In this document: piece by piece, positions 16,390 to 25,937 of the stretch | Layout: the number at the start of each line of letters is the position of its first letter | How positions within the stretch are numbered: position 1 is the stretch's first letter | Origin: Clostridiaceae bacterium | GTDB taxonomy: Bacteria; Bacillota; Clostridia; Christensenellales; CAG-917 | Direction of reading: 5' to 3' | Length of the DNA: 64,000 nucleotides | NCBI GenBank assembly: GCA_031289315.1 | Contig: JAITPR010000032.1 | Location: forward strand, 7,866 to 71,865 | Notes under the pieces: model-generated | The model's database searches: none | Seen by the model: the letters and a program-made list of their open reading frames with translations, nothing else | Told to the model about the DNA's origin: nothing | Made by a program: the position numbers and the translations under genes

Positions 16390-16406
16390 TAACGTCGGAT
16401 AGCGCA

Positions 16407-17768
16407 ATGGTTTTTGCTTTTTCAGCGACCGTGAAAGACGGCGCCGTCGGTTATTATATTTGGGACAGCGAAAGCGGCAGTCTGCTCCGTGAGGGTCGGG
16501 CTGCTTTTTTAGTATGTAAAAACCGCTTTCAAACGCTTGACGACGAAGAAAGGGCGGCGTTTGCGGAAATTTCCGCGAGCGAGCGCGCGGAGATAGAGGT
16601 GGAACTGGACGAGTTGGAAAAGGAAGGCACGATAGGGGGTAAGGACACGCCGCTAAAGCTTCCGTTTACGGGGGATATAAAGGCGCTTTGCCTACACATC
16701 TGCCATGATTGTAATTTGCGTTGCCGCTATTGCTTCGCTGCGGAGGGAACCTATAATACCGCGCGCGATTACATGACGTTTGAAACCGGCAAGGCGGCGT
16801 TGGATTTTCTTTTCGTGCACAGCGGGCGTAGAAAAAATTTAGAAGCCGATTTTTTCGGCGGAGAGCCGTTAATGAACTTCGGCGTTGTAAAAAAAATCGT
16901 CGCCTACGGCAGAGAAACGGCGGCGAAATTCGGTAAAAATATCGGTTTTACCATGACGACAAACGGCGTGTTGCTTAACGCGGAGGCGCGCGAATACCTT
17001 AACCGCGAAATGGACAACGTGGTTATTTCCATAGACGGACGGCGCGAGGTACACGACGCGTTGAGAAAAACGCCCAACGGCAAGGGTTCGTATGACACCG
17101 CCGTAAAAAACGCCTTAGAATTTAAGCGGATACGCGGAAATAAAAAATATTACATACGCGGCACCTTTACAAGAAACAACCTAGATTTTGCCTCCGACGT
17201 GTTGCACCTAAATGATTTGGGCTTCGACCAAATATCACTTGAGCCGGTTGTGCTTGACCCGTCCTCTCCGGAGGCTTTCTTGCCGGAGGACTACGCGGTT
17301 ATACTTGCGGAATACGATCGATTGGCGGCGGCGTATTCGGAGCGGCTTAACACGCCCAAACGCTTTAATTTCTTCCATTTCATGTTGGACTTAAACAAGG
17401 GACCCTGTGCGATAAAGCGCCTAAAGGGTTGCGGAGCCGGTGAGGAATACTTAGCCGTTTCTCCGCAAGGGGAAATTTATCCGTGCCACCGCTTCGTGGG
17501 CGGAGATAAGGCGTACCGCATGGGGGACGTACACACGGGCGCGTTCGACCGCGATATACAAAAAAACTTCGCCGACGTGAGCGTGTACTCTAAAAAGGAA
17601 TGCGCGTCATGTATAGCCAAGTATTATTGCAGCGGCGGTTGCGCGGCGAATTCGCTGTTCTTTGCGGGCGGGCTTGACAAACCGCACAAGGAAAGCTGCC
17701 TGCTTATGAAGAAGCGCTTCGAGCTGTCGCTTGCGCTTGCCGCGGAGAATTCACAATCGTCAATCTAA
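16407..17768 (+). CDS. scfB: SCIFF radical SAM/SPASM thioether-forming maturase
   Basis: CLHICHDCNLRCRYCFA (CxxxCxxC), GGEPL, C-terminal SPASM Cys clusters (CGAGEEYLAVSPQGEIYPCH, CASCIAKYYCSGGCAAN); adjacent to scfA. Confidence 0.92.
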   Translation: MVFAFSATVKDGAVGYYIWDSESGSLLREGRAAFLVCKNRFQTLDDEERAAFAEISASERAEIEVELDELEKEGTIGGKDTPLKLPFTGDIKALCLHICHDCNLRCRYCFAAEGTYNTARDYMTFETGKAALDFLFVHSGRRKNLEADFFGGEPLMNFGVVKKIVAYGRETAAKFGKNIGFTMTTNGVLLNAEAREYLNREMDNVVISIDGRREVHDALRKTPNGKGSYDTAVKNALEFKRIRGNKKYYIRGTFTRNNLDFASDVLHLNDLGFDQISLEPVVLDPSSPEAFLPEDYAVILAEYDRLAAAYSERLNTPKRFNFFHFMLDLNKGPCAIKRLKGCGAGEEYLAVSPQGEIYPCHRFVGGDKAYRMGDVHTGAFDRDIQKNFADVSVYSKKECASCIAKYYCSGGCAANSLFFAGGLDKPHKESCLLMKKRFELSLALAAENSQSSI

Positions 17769-17811
17769 GCGTAGTTGAAAAGGAAGGCGGACGGATAAGT
17801 TACCGCTAAAC

Positions 17812-17888
17812 GGGAGCGGATTTTCCCGACTGTCACCTTGAGCGCAGTCAAATTCCGCGTCCGTTGTCATGTTGAGCAAAGTCGAAAC
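17812..17888 (+). repeat. Motif family 2 copy (two GTCAYNTTGAGC cores)
   Basis: gggagcggattttcccgactgtcaccttgagcgcag ... gttgtcatgttgagcaaagtcgaaac. Confidence 0.55.
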
Positions 17889-18022
17889 ATCACCTATGTC
17901 GTAGATGCAAGCGCTTCCGTCCACGGCGAAGCCGCCGCAATTGCGCCGCATACGCTCCGCGAACGGCGAAAACAGTGCCGTTACGGAGATATGTGTATAA
18001 TTTCCGTTAAATTTTCCGAAAA

Positions 18023-18051
18023 TTGACTTATCTATACTTGACTATTATAAT
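18023..18051 (+). promoter_or_regulatory. Putative sigma-A promoter for secDF
   Basis: TTGACT-17 nt-TATAAT, 87 nt upstream of the secD GTG; the leader contains a gcgcgca...tgcgcgc hairpin. Confidence 0.5.
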
Positions 18052-18137
18052 TAAGTAACTTATAATCTATAAGTAACTTTTTGCGCGCATGGCGGATATA
18101 CCGCACACGTGCGCGCGTTACGTAGGAGGCAACCTCG

Positions 18138-19427
18138 GTGAGCAAAAAGAAATCAATCGCGGTTTTCGCGATAGCGGGGATATTCATCGTTCTTATGGCG
18201 GTGTTCGGAGTTATAAGCTTCGAATCCGGCTTATACGATTATACCGGCTATGTAAAGACCATTAAACTGGGTTTGGATTTGGCGGGCGGCGTAAGTGCTG
18301 AGTTTACCGTCGTAGCCGACGGCGACGAAAATTTCGACGCAAGAGTAACGGGTACGCGTGATAGCTTGGAGTCGTTGCTTGTGTCTAAGGGTTACTCGGA
18401 AGCGCAAGTGACCTATCAGAACGGGCGTATGCGCGTTGAGGTTCCCGACGTGGACGACCCCGACCGCGTTTTCGACCTTATCGGTCGTCCGGCAAGTTTG
18501 GAGTTTAGGAGCGCGGCGGATTACGCAAGCGGCAATCTCCTTATCGAAGGGAAGAAGCATTTAGACTCTGCGGCGGTTACGACCGACGAAAACGGCGGCT
18601 ATGCGGTAGGGCTTAAATTCAACAAAGAAGGCACCGAAGTATTTGCGCAGGTTACCACGGAGTATCTCAATCAAGCGATATTCATCTTCGTAAACGGCGA
18701 AAATATATCGGGTACGAACGGTATTAACGTGCAGTCGGCGATTGTCAACGGCAACGCGATTATAACCGGCGACTACGATTATCAAGCGGCAAACGATTTG
18801 GCGACTAAGCTTGAAGCGGGTACATTCGGAGTTACCTTAGAGATTATCGAAAGCAACTTGATTAGCGCAACGCTGGGCGCCGAAGCAATTAAAACAAGCT
18901 TGATAGCCGGCGCGGTAGGCGTTCTGTTGGTCTTCATCTTTATGGTGTTGGTGTATAGAATGCTAGGCGTGCTTGCGGACATTGCGCTTTCCATTTATAT
19001 TTTGATAATTCTTTGGTTTTTCGCGGTGTTCCCGTGGGTTCAGCTCACGCTCCCCGGTATCGCGGGTATCCTGCTTGGTATAGGTATGGCGGTAGATGCG
19101 AACGTCGTTATTTTCGAAAGAATAAAAGACGAGTATAAAAACACCGCAAAGGCTATACCGTCGGCGATAAAATCCGGCTTCAGGCGCGCGGCGGCGGCGA
19201 TTATCGACGGCAACGTCACGACCATAATCGGCGCGGTTGTGCTTTGGTTGGTGGGTACGGCGTCTATACAGGGCTTCGGAATAACGCTTTTCATAAGCAT
19301 TCTGGTGTCAATGTTCACGGCGCTTCTTATCACGAGATTGCTCATAAACTGCACGCTGCCATTCAACAGCGAAAGCGAAAAATTGTACGGACTTAAAAAG
19401 GCGGAGGTGGTTACCGATGAAGAATAA
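18138..19427 (+). CDS. secD: Protein translocase subunit SecD
   Basis: GTG start 8 nt after AGGAGG; LGLDLAGGV, periplasmic domain, C-terminal 6-TM block with GMAVDANVVIFERIKDE. Confidence 0.92.
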   Translation: MSKKKSIAVFAIAGIFIVLMAVFGVISFESGLYDYTGYVKTIKLGLDLAGGVSAEFTVVADGDENFDARVTGTRDSLESLLVSKGYSEAQVTYQNGRMRVEVPDVDDPDRVFDLIGRPASLEFRSAADYASGNLLIEGKKHLDSAAVTTDENGGYAVGLKFNKEGTEVFAQVTTEYLNQAIFIFVNGENISGTNGINVQSAIVNGNAIITGDYDYQAANDLATKLEAGTFGVTLEIIESNLISATLGAEAIKTSLIAGAVGVLLVFIFMVLVYRMLGVLADIALSIYILIILWFFAVFPWVQLTLPGIAGILLGIGMAVDANVVIFERIKDEYKNTAKAIPSAIKSGFRRAAAAIIDGNVTTIIGAVVLWLVGTASIQGFGITLFISILVSMFTALLITRLLINCTLPFNSESEKLYGLKKAEVVTDEE

Positions 19428-20625
19428 AAGTGCTTTTTTGGAAACGGTAAAAACTGCGCCTATAAGCGCGAAATGGCGGATTTGGTTTATAATTCCCATT
19501 CTCATTATAGTAGCCGGTTTGATGACGTTCTTTATCAAGGGCGGTCTTGCCGACGACCTTTCAAAGGGTGTAAACGCGGGTATCGACTTTACCGGCGGCA
19601 CGATTTTGACGGTGCGTTTGGGTAACGACGAAATTGACAACAACAGAGATTTTCACGAGGAACGCGTTCGTTCCGTCGTAGAAACCGCCGGCGGTAGCGT
19701 TACCTACGTGCAGAAGGCGACAGGTACGGCAAGCGAGAACTCCGCACTGGAATTCAGATACCAAAATATCGGGAACACCGACGCGGAAGCCGACCTCAAA
19801 AACAAGGAGATAAGAAACGCCGTTGAGGCACTGTATTATCCCGAAGGCGGCACCCCCGTAAACTTTATCACTTACAGCGCTATTTCCGCTACGGCTTCGC
19901 AATCGTTGATAAATAAGACGATACTTGCGGTAGCGATATCTATGGTTCTTATCCTTATATATATAGTTATAAGGTTCGAACCTATGAGCGCGATAGCCGC
20001 GATAGTGGCGCTTATCCACGATATAGCGATGGTGTTCGCAATTACGGCTATAACCGGCTTGCAGATAAACAGCTCGTTTGTGGCGGCGATAATCACGATT
20101 ATATCCTATTCTATCAACAACACCATAATCATATTTGACCGCGTGCGCGAAATTAAAAAGCCCTACGGCAAAAAGGCGCGCTTCAACTATGAGGAGGTCG
20201 GCGACCAAGCAATTCGCAGCACCGTCAACAGGTCCATCTATACGACCTTGACCACGTTGTTCGCAATCGTCATTTTGGCAATCATAGGCGTGCCGGCAAT
20301 ACGCGAGTTCACGCTTCCCATAATAATCGGTTTGCTTGTCGGTCTATATTCGTCATTGGTAGTTGCGACGCCGTTGTGGTGCTTGCTCATGCGTTGGGCG
20401 GAGAACTTCTCCATAAAGCGCGAGCGCAAGAATAACCCCGCGTATGTTGCGGCGGACGGCGATGTAAACATCGTCAAAACCCAATCCGGCTATGTTGCGG
20501 TAAAATCCAAAGATGAAAAGGATGTTGCCGACGGTGAAGCCGTAGCGCCGAAGTCCAAAGCTAAGAAGCCGGAGTATAAGCACATATCCTATAAAAGCAA
20601 GAAAAATACTAAGTTTAAGAAGTAG
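19417..20625 (+). CDS. secF: Protein translocase subunit SecF (with Lys-rich C-terminal extension)
   Basis: Overlaps secD by 11 nt; GIDFTGGT, IHDIAMVFAI, SINNTIIIFDRVRE; tail KSKAKKPEYKHISYKSKKNTKFKK. Confidence 0.92.
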   Translation: MKNKSAFLETVKTAPISAKWRIWFIIPILIIVAGLMTFFIKGGLADDLSKGVNAGIDFTGGTILTVRLGNDEIDNNRDFHEERVRSVVETAGGSVTYVQKATGTASENSALEFRYQNIGNTDAEADLKNKEIRNAVEALYYPEGGTPVNFITYSAISATASQSLINKTILAVAISMVLILIYIVIRFEPMSAIAAIVALIHDIAMVFAITAITGLQINSSFVAAIITIISYSINNTIIIFDRVREIKKPYGKKARFNYEEVGDQAIRSTVNRSIYTTLTTLFAIVILAIIGVPAIREFTLPIIIGLLVGLYSSLVVATPLWCLLMRWAENFSIKRERKNNPAYVAADGDVNIVKTQSGYVAVKSKDEKDVADGEAVAPKSKAKKPEYKHISYKSKKNTKFKK

Positions 20626-20730
20626 TATGCGGCGAACGCGCGGCTTGTCCGATTGAGTGTGAAGCGGTGGAGTTAGTCTGCCGGAGTAAGGCTTAACGCG
20701 TCCGCAAATTGCCTAAACCAAAATAACAAC

Positions 20731-20761
20731 AGTGCCATTCTCCGATAGGGAATGGCACTTT
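20731..20761 (+). terminator. Hairpin downstream of secF (weak T-tract)
   Basis: agtgccattc-tccgatagg-gaatggcact, 10-bp stem; only tt follows. Confidence 0.35.
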
Positions 20762-20763
20762 GC

Positions 20764-20865
20764 CTACTAAAAATATGAAATATTTAGCGATGCAAACCCG
20801 ACCGTGCGTCGGGGCAATCGTTTTGTGGGTCTACTAAAAATATGAAATATTCAGCGATGCAAACC
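20764..20865 (+). repeat. 35-bp direct repeat duplicating the recJ ribosome-binding region plus first 8 codons
   Basis: ctactaaaaatATGaaatattTagcgatgcaaacc (20764-20798) versus ctactaaaaatATGaaatattCagcgatgcaaacc (20831-20865); 32-bp spacer containing hairpin ccgaccgtgcgtcgg. Confidence 0.85.
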
Positions 20866-23340
20866 TATAACGACGAAGCCGCCGCCGCACTTTCCGGGGC
20901 GACGGGTTTTTCGCCGCGGTTTTGCGGATTGCTGATAGACCGCGGAGCGGATACGCCGGAAAAGGTAAACGCCTTTTTAAAGCCTTCCGTTTCCGGACTG
21001 TCCGACCCGTATCGAATAGCCGGTATGGATGCGGCGGCGGCGCGTCTTTTCCGCGCGTTAAAAAACCGCGAAAAAACGGTTATTTACGGCGACTATGACT
21101 GCGACGGAATATGTTCTATATCCATGCTCATGCTGTGCTTCGGGAAGGAGCTTCCGGATTTGGAATTTTTTATCCCCGACCGCAATTTGGACGGCTACGG
21201 CATGAGTATGCGACTGCTACAAAGCATAGTCGAAAAATCAAAGCCGTCGCTGATTATAACGGTGGATACGGGCATAACGGCGGTTGACGAGGCGGTTTAT
21301 TTGAAGTCCTTAGGCATAGACCTCATTGTAACCGACCATCACGAGCCGCAAGGAGTATTGCCGGACGCGATAATCGTAAACCCGAAGGTCGAAAAAAAGG
21401 GCTTTTACGAATTTTGCGGCGCGGGCGTGGCGTTCAAGCTCATAGAGGCGGTCAAGGGCAGAGAAAAGGCGTTGGAGTACGCGGATTTAGCCGCGCTGGC
21501 CACGATTGCCGATATTGTGCCGCTCAACGGCGAAAACAGAATTATAGCGGCGCTTGGGCTGAAGTCCATAAACAAGAAGCCGCGCTTAGGTATAGAGCTG
21601 TTAATCAACAACGGAGAGTCTAACAAGGGCGGTGCGCGCAAAACCGACGCCGGTGATATAGCCTTTAAGCTTGCGCCGCGGCTCAATGCGGCGGGGCGTA
21701 TAGACCACGCGGCAAAGGCGGTGGAACTGTTTTTGTCGGAGGATTACTTCTTGTTGAAGTGCCTTGCGGGGGAGCTTTGCGCCGACAACCGCGAACGGCA
21801 GGAGCGTTGTGAGACCATAATAGCCGATGCAAAGGCGTTGCTTGCCGCTGCGGGAGTTGCCGACCGCGCGATAATAATGTTGTCAAGCCCCCTGTGGGAC
21901 GCAGGTATATTGGGAATAGCCGCGGCGCGCTTGACGGAGGAATTCGACCGTCCGACGATACTGTTTTCGGAGAGCGACGGGTTTTTAAAAGGTTCCGCCC
22001 GCAGTGTGAAAGCCGTCAATATTTTTGAGCTTTTGAAGCGTTTTTCGCGGCTTTTTGAGAAGTTTGGCGGACACGCTCAAGCGGCGGGTTTGTCGCTAAA
22101 AGCGGAAAATTTGCCGCTTTTTGAAGCGGAAGCCGAAAAATATTTGCATTCCGTAATAGGTGCGCGCGATGCGGAGACCGTTTGCGACGCGGAGCTTACC
22201 GTAAACGGCGCGGACATCGGGTTCGCTAAGGAACTGGAGCTTTTGGAGCCGACCGGTTACGGCAACCGCAAGCCACGTTTTTTTCTAAGAACGGACGGGT
22301 TGCGCTTTCAGCCGATAGGCACTACGAAGCACTTAAAATACCGTGAAAAGGATTTCGAATTGGTAGGATTTAACCGCTCCGACGAAGCGCTTGCCCTTTC
22401 GGGTAAATGTGTAATAGAATTTTCATTGGGCGTGAACGTGTTCGGGAATGTAGAATCCGCGCAGGGCATTATCCGCGCGGTCACGCCGGAGCCTACGGGA
22501 GAGGACTACGACCTTACAAACGCATACATAAAAGCGCTGTCACTTACGGAAGAAAAAGAAAATATAAGCCAAGCCGACGTTAAAACCGCCGGAAATAAAA
22601 ACGGTACCCGCGCCGGGACACAAGACGGCACACGCGCAAAGGAAGACCGCAAGGACGGAGGGGAACCCGTAAGCGGCGCAAGCACAAGGGAAGACCGCAA
22701 GGACGGGGAGAAAACCGTTTTACATGAAACTTCGCGTCCGGCAAAGGCGGTATATACCGACAATATTTATTCGGAGGCGGAAAAATATTCGCGTACCGGC
22801 GAGGGCAACCTTTACGTAGCATTCTCAAACGTGACTTATCGGACGTTTTTAGCAAGCCGCGCGGAAGCCGTGGAAGCGTTGTCTGTGGCGGTTTCGGCAT
22901 CCTTAAATCCGATAAACAGGTTGGCATTGGTGCCGCCGCACGATTTTCCGTGGGGCTATTACGAAAAAATATTTTTTTTAGAAGCACCCCCGTCGGAAGC
23001 CTACCTAAACGCGGTATTGCGTTCGGCGCGGCGTGACGTAACCGTGTCGACGGACAAAAAATATTTAGACGTAGCGGATATTCCGTCCGATGCCGAGTTG
23101 AGAGAATTTTATACGCGGTTGCGCGCGCATGACGGAAAAAGGGCGGAAAAAGAGGGTTTTAGCAAGCTTTTTGCGGGTGCGGCGCCCGGGTGGAGCGTCT
23201 TCAAAACGGAGGCGTCCGCGGCGGTACTTGCGGAATTAAAGCTGATAGACCTAAGCGGCGGCATGTTGAAGGTGTTTTCAAATAAAACTGCATTGGAAAA
23301 CTCCGCACTCTACGTAAACCTAAGAGCGCTTCATAAGTAA
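20842..23340 (+). CDS. recJ: Single-stranded-DNA-specific exonuclease RecJ (long form)
   Basis: DHH motifs GDYDCDGI, FIPDRNLDGYG, ITVDTGITA, VTDHHEP; DHHA1 GGHAQAAG; long C-terminal region with a low-complexity insert. Confidence 0.9.
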   Translation: MKYSAMQTYNDEAAAALSGATGFSPRFCGLLIDRGADTPEKVNAFLKPSVSGLSDPYRIAGMDAAAARLFRALKNREKTVIYGDYDCDGICSISMLMLCFGKELPDLEFFIPDRNLDGYGMSMRLLQSIVEKSKPSLIITVDTGITAVDEAVYLKSLGIDLIVTDHHEPQGVLPDAIIVNPKVEKKGFYEFCGAGVAFKLIEAVKGREKALEYADLAALATIADIVPLNGENRIIAALGLKSINKKPRLGIELLINNGESNKGGARKTDAGDIAFKLAPRLNAAGRIDHAAKAVELFLSEDYFLLKCLAGELCADNRERQERCETIIADAKALLAAAGVADRAIIMLSSPLWDAGILGIAAARLTEEFDRPTILFSESDGFLKGSARSVKAVNIFELLKRFSRLFEKFGGHAQAAGLSLKAENLPLFEAEAEKYLHSVIGARDAETVCDAELTVNGADIGFAKELELLEPTGYGNRKPRFFLRTDGLRFQPIGTTKHLKYREKDFELVGFNRSDEALALSGKCVIEFSLGVNVFGNVESAQGIIRAVTPEPTGEDYDLTNAYIKALSLTEEKENISQADVKTAGNKNGTRAGTQDGTRAKEDRKDGGEPVSGASTREDRKDGEKTVLHETSRPAKAVYTDNIYSEAEKYSRTGEGNLYVAFSNVTYRTFLASRAEAVEALSVAVSASLNPINRLALVPPHDFPWGYYEKIFFLEAPPSEAYLNAVLRSARRDVTVSTDKKYLDVADIPSDAELREFYTRLRAHDGKRAEKEGFSKLFAGAAPGWSVFKTEASAAVLAELKLIDLSGGMLKVFSNKTALENSALYVNLRALHK

Positions 23341-23430
23341 ACTATGGGAGTGAAAAATCCCTAAACTATAATAAAAGAATACGCGCCGCAGATAAACGGT
23401 AAATGCTTGCAAAAAACGGAAGCGCGGCAA

Positions 23431-23545
23431 TCGAAAAACTACGAAAAAAAAGTACTTACAAGGAAAGTAACTCCTTAAAAAAAGTATCGAAAAAACTACG
23501 AAAAAAAAGTACTTATATATAAGATAACTCCTTAAAATAAGTATC
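23431..23545. repeat. 56-bp tandem direct repeat (2 copies), A-rich
   Basis: tcgaaaaactacgaaaaaaaagtacttacaaggaaagtaactccttaaaaaaagta / tcgaaaaaactacgaaaaaaaagtacttatatataagataactccttaaaataagta. Confidence 0.8.
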
Positions 23546-23620
23546 AAAAAAGTATCAAAGAATACGGCGGAAGCCGGAAATTACGTACAAGGGCGACCGA
23601 GGTCGGGAGGGAACACGGCT

Positions 23621-25765
23621 ATGGATTCCGAAAAATTATTAGAGGTTATAAAGGAGCGTTTCCCCACGCAGTTTGAGGAAATTAAAAAGGCGTACGACTT
23701 CGCAAAAGCCGCGCACGAGGGACAAAGGCGTATCTCCGGAGAGGAGTACATCATACACCCGTGCGCCGTCGCGGAAATTTTGCTTGTCTTCGGCATTGTG
23801 GACCACTACATGCTGATAGCCGCCTTTTTGCATGACGTTTTAGAGGATACCGAAACCACGGCGGAGGAAATAAAAAAAGAGTTCGGCGATAAAATTTTAA
23901 TGATAGTCGAAGGGCTTACCAAGCTGTCAAAAATCAAGTACAACAACAACGAGGCAACCAAAGCGGAAAATATAAGGAAAATTTTCTTCGCTATGGCAAA
24001 GGACGTACGCGTTATACTTATAAAGCTTGCCGATAGAGTTCACAATATGCGTACGCTAGATGTGCGCACCCACGAAAAACAAATCGAAACCGCGCTTGAA
24101 ACATTGGAAATTTACGCCGGACTTGCCGGACGTTTAGGCATTTCATTTTTCAAGTGTGAGCTTGAAGATTTAGCCATGAAATACCTTTATCCGGAGGACT
24201 ACAAATTTATAGGCGACTACGTAAGGGAAATAAAGGAAAAACACAGCTTTGCATTGGAAGCGGTGAGCGGCGAAATAAAGGAAAAATTTAAAGAATACAA
24301 GATTGACGGAGAGGTCAGCGGCAGATATAAGCACCTGTACAGCATTTATAAAAAGCTGAAAAAGAACAAGGATATTAAGGATATTGCGCAGATATACGAC
24401 CTAATCGCAGTACGCGTCATAGTGCCGGACAACGAAACCTGTTATCACATGTTGGGCGTGGTTCACGGCATGTGGAAGCCCATTCCCGATCGCATAAAGG
24501 ACTACATCGTCGTACCTAAGGAAAACGGTTATCAATCCCTGCATACCACGGTTATGACGGAATTTAACCTTACCTTTGAGATACAAATCCGCACGTTTGA
24601 GATGCACAAGATTGACGAATACGGCGTCGCTGCGCACTGGAAGTATAAGGAAGGGACATTAGGCGACGAAAGCGAATTGGACGATACGGTTCGTTGGATA
24701 CGCGAGGTTTTAGACACGCAGAGGGACACCGCTCCGGAGGAGTTTTTGGACTCTCTGAAAATCGACTTAAAGGACCACGTTTTCGTGTTTACGCCGAAGG
24801 GCGACGTGTACGACCTTCCGGAAGGCTCTACTATAATCGACTTTGCGTACGCCATACACAGTCAGGTGGGCAACAAGTGCGTAGGCGGTCGTATCAATAA
24901 GAAGATGTCGACCATAAGCACAAAACTCAACACCGGCGATATAGTGGAAATACTCACGTCAAACAGCAGTAAAGGACCCTCTTCGGATTGGCTTAAAATT
25001 GCCAAAACAAACGCCGCCCGTGTTAAAATCAAGCAGTTTTTCAAGAAGGAACACCGCGATGTCAATATAGCGCGTGGCAGAAACATGCTGGAACACGAGG
25101 CAAAACGGCGCGGCTATGCGCTTTCGGAGTTGTTTTCGGAACAGTATTTGGATTACATGTCGAATAGGCAGCGGCTTCCCTCCGCAGACGACATTCTTGC
25201 CGCGGTGGGTTACGGAGAGCTAACCACCAATCAGGTGATTTTAAAGGCTTCGGAATACTGCAAGCCGGCGGAACCGCCGCCGGTTCAAGAAATTGTTCCG
25301 CCTAAAAAGTCCGCCGCCAAAAAATCGACGGGAGGCGTACTCATCAAGGGTTCGGACGGTTTTTCGGTCAAGCTTGCGCACTGTTGCAAGCCGGTACCGG
25401 GTGACCCGATTGTGGGCTATCTTTCGCGCGGACACGGCGTAACCGCTCATAAGTCGGACTGTCCCAACTTAAAGGGCTTCGAGGCGGAGCGGCTCATTGA
25501 GGCTTCGTGGGACATAAAAGGCTCCGGCACCTATACCGCGTCGTTTAACATCGTGGCGGAAAACCGCACGGGCATACTGGCGGAGGTTACGGCGGTCATC
25601 AGCAACCGCAAAATATCCATAGTCGGCGCAAACATAAACACCAACACAGTGGACGGCACCGTGATTATGAATATCTCCGTAGAGATTCACAACGCGGAGG
25701 AGCTGGCGGACTTACTTGTTAAAATCAGGGCGTCCTTCCGTGAGATAATCGAAATAAGAAGATAA
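23621..25765 (+). CDS. relA: Bifunctional (p)ppGpp synthetase/hydrolase (RelA/SpoT homologue)
   Basis: HD hydrolase (HPCAVAEI...FLHDVLEDT), synthetase (DLIAVRVIV, YQSLHTTV, IQIRT), TGS (VFTPKGDVYDLPEGSTIIDFAYAIHSQVG), C-terminal ACT. Confidence 0.96.
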   Translation: MDSEKLLEVIKERFPTQFEEIKKAYDFAKAAHEGQRRISGEEYIIHPCAVAEILLVFGIVDHYMLIAAFLHDVLEDTETTAEEIKKEFGDKILMIVEGLTKLSKIKYNNNEATKAENIRKIFFAMAKDVRVILIKLADRVHNMRTLDVRTHEKQIETALETLEIYAGLAGRLGISFFKCELEDLAMKYLYPEDYKFIGDYVREIKEKHSFALEAVSGEIKEKFKEYKIDGEVSGRYKHLYSIYKKLKKNKDIKDIAQIYDLIAVRVIVPDNETCYHMLGVVHGMWKPIPDRIKDYIVVPKENGYQSLHTTVMTEFNLTFEIQIRTFEMHKIDEYGVAAHWKYKEGTLGDESELDDTVRWIREVLDTQRDTAPEEFLDSLKIDLKDHVFVFTPKGDVYDLPEGSTIIDFAYAIHSQVGNKCVGGRINKKMSTISTKLNTGDIVEILTSNSSKGPSSDWLKIAKTNAARVKIKQFFKKEHRDVNIARGRNMLEHEAKRRGYALSELFSEQYLDYMSNRQRLPSADDILAAVGYGELTTNQVILKASEYCKPAEPPPVQEIVPPKKSAAKKSTGGVLIKGSDGFSVKLAHCCKPVPGDPIVGYLSRGHGVTAHKSDCPNLKGFEAERLIEASWDIKGSGTYTASFNIVAENRTGILAEVTAVISNRKISIVGANINTNTVDGTVIMNISVEIHNAEELADLLVKIRASFREIIEIRR

Positions 25766-25818
25766 AATTTTTTTCGGCGTCGAAAAAAAACAAACAATAT
25801 TTTTTCTAGAGTAGTGTT

Positions 25819-25920
25819 TCGGAACGGTTGAGATACCGCAACGTGGTCAAAAAAATAAAAAAAAATTTTCGAAGGCAGTACGTCGGAACGGTTAAGATAC
25901 CGCCATGTAGTCGAAAAAAA
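25819..25920. repeat. 64-bp-period direct repeat pair in relA-MBL spacer
   Basis: tcggaacggttGagataccgcAaCgtGgtcAaaaaaa versus tcggaacggttAagataccgcCaTgtAgtcGaaaaaaa; weaker similarity to the relA 3' end (ccgtgagataatcg). Confidence 0.7.
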
Positions 25921-25937
25921 ATTAAGGAGGTTTCCTC

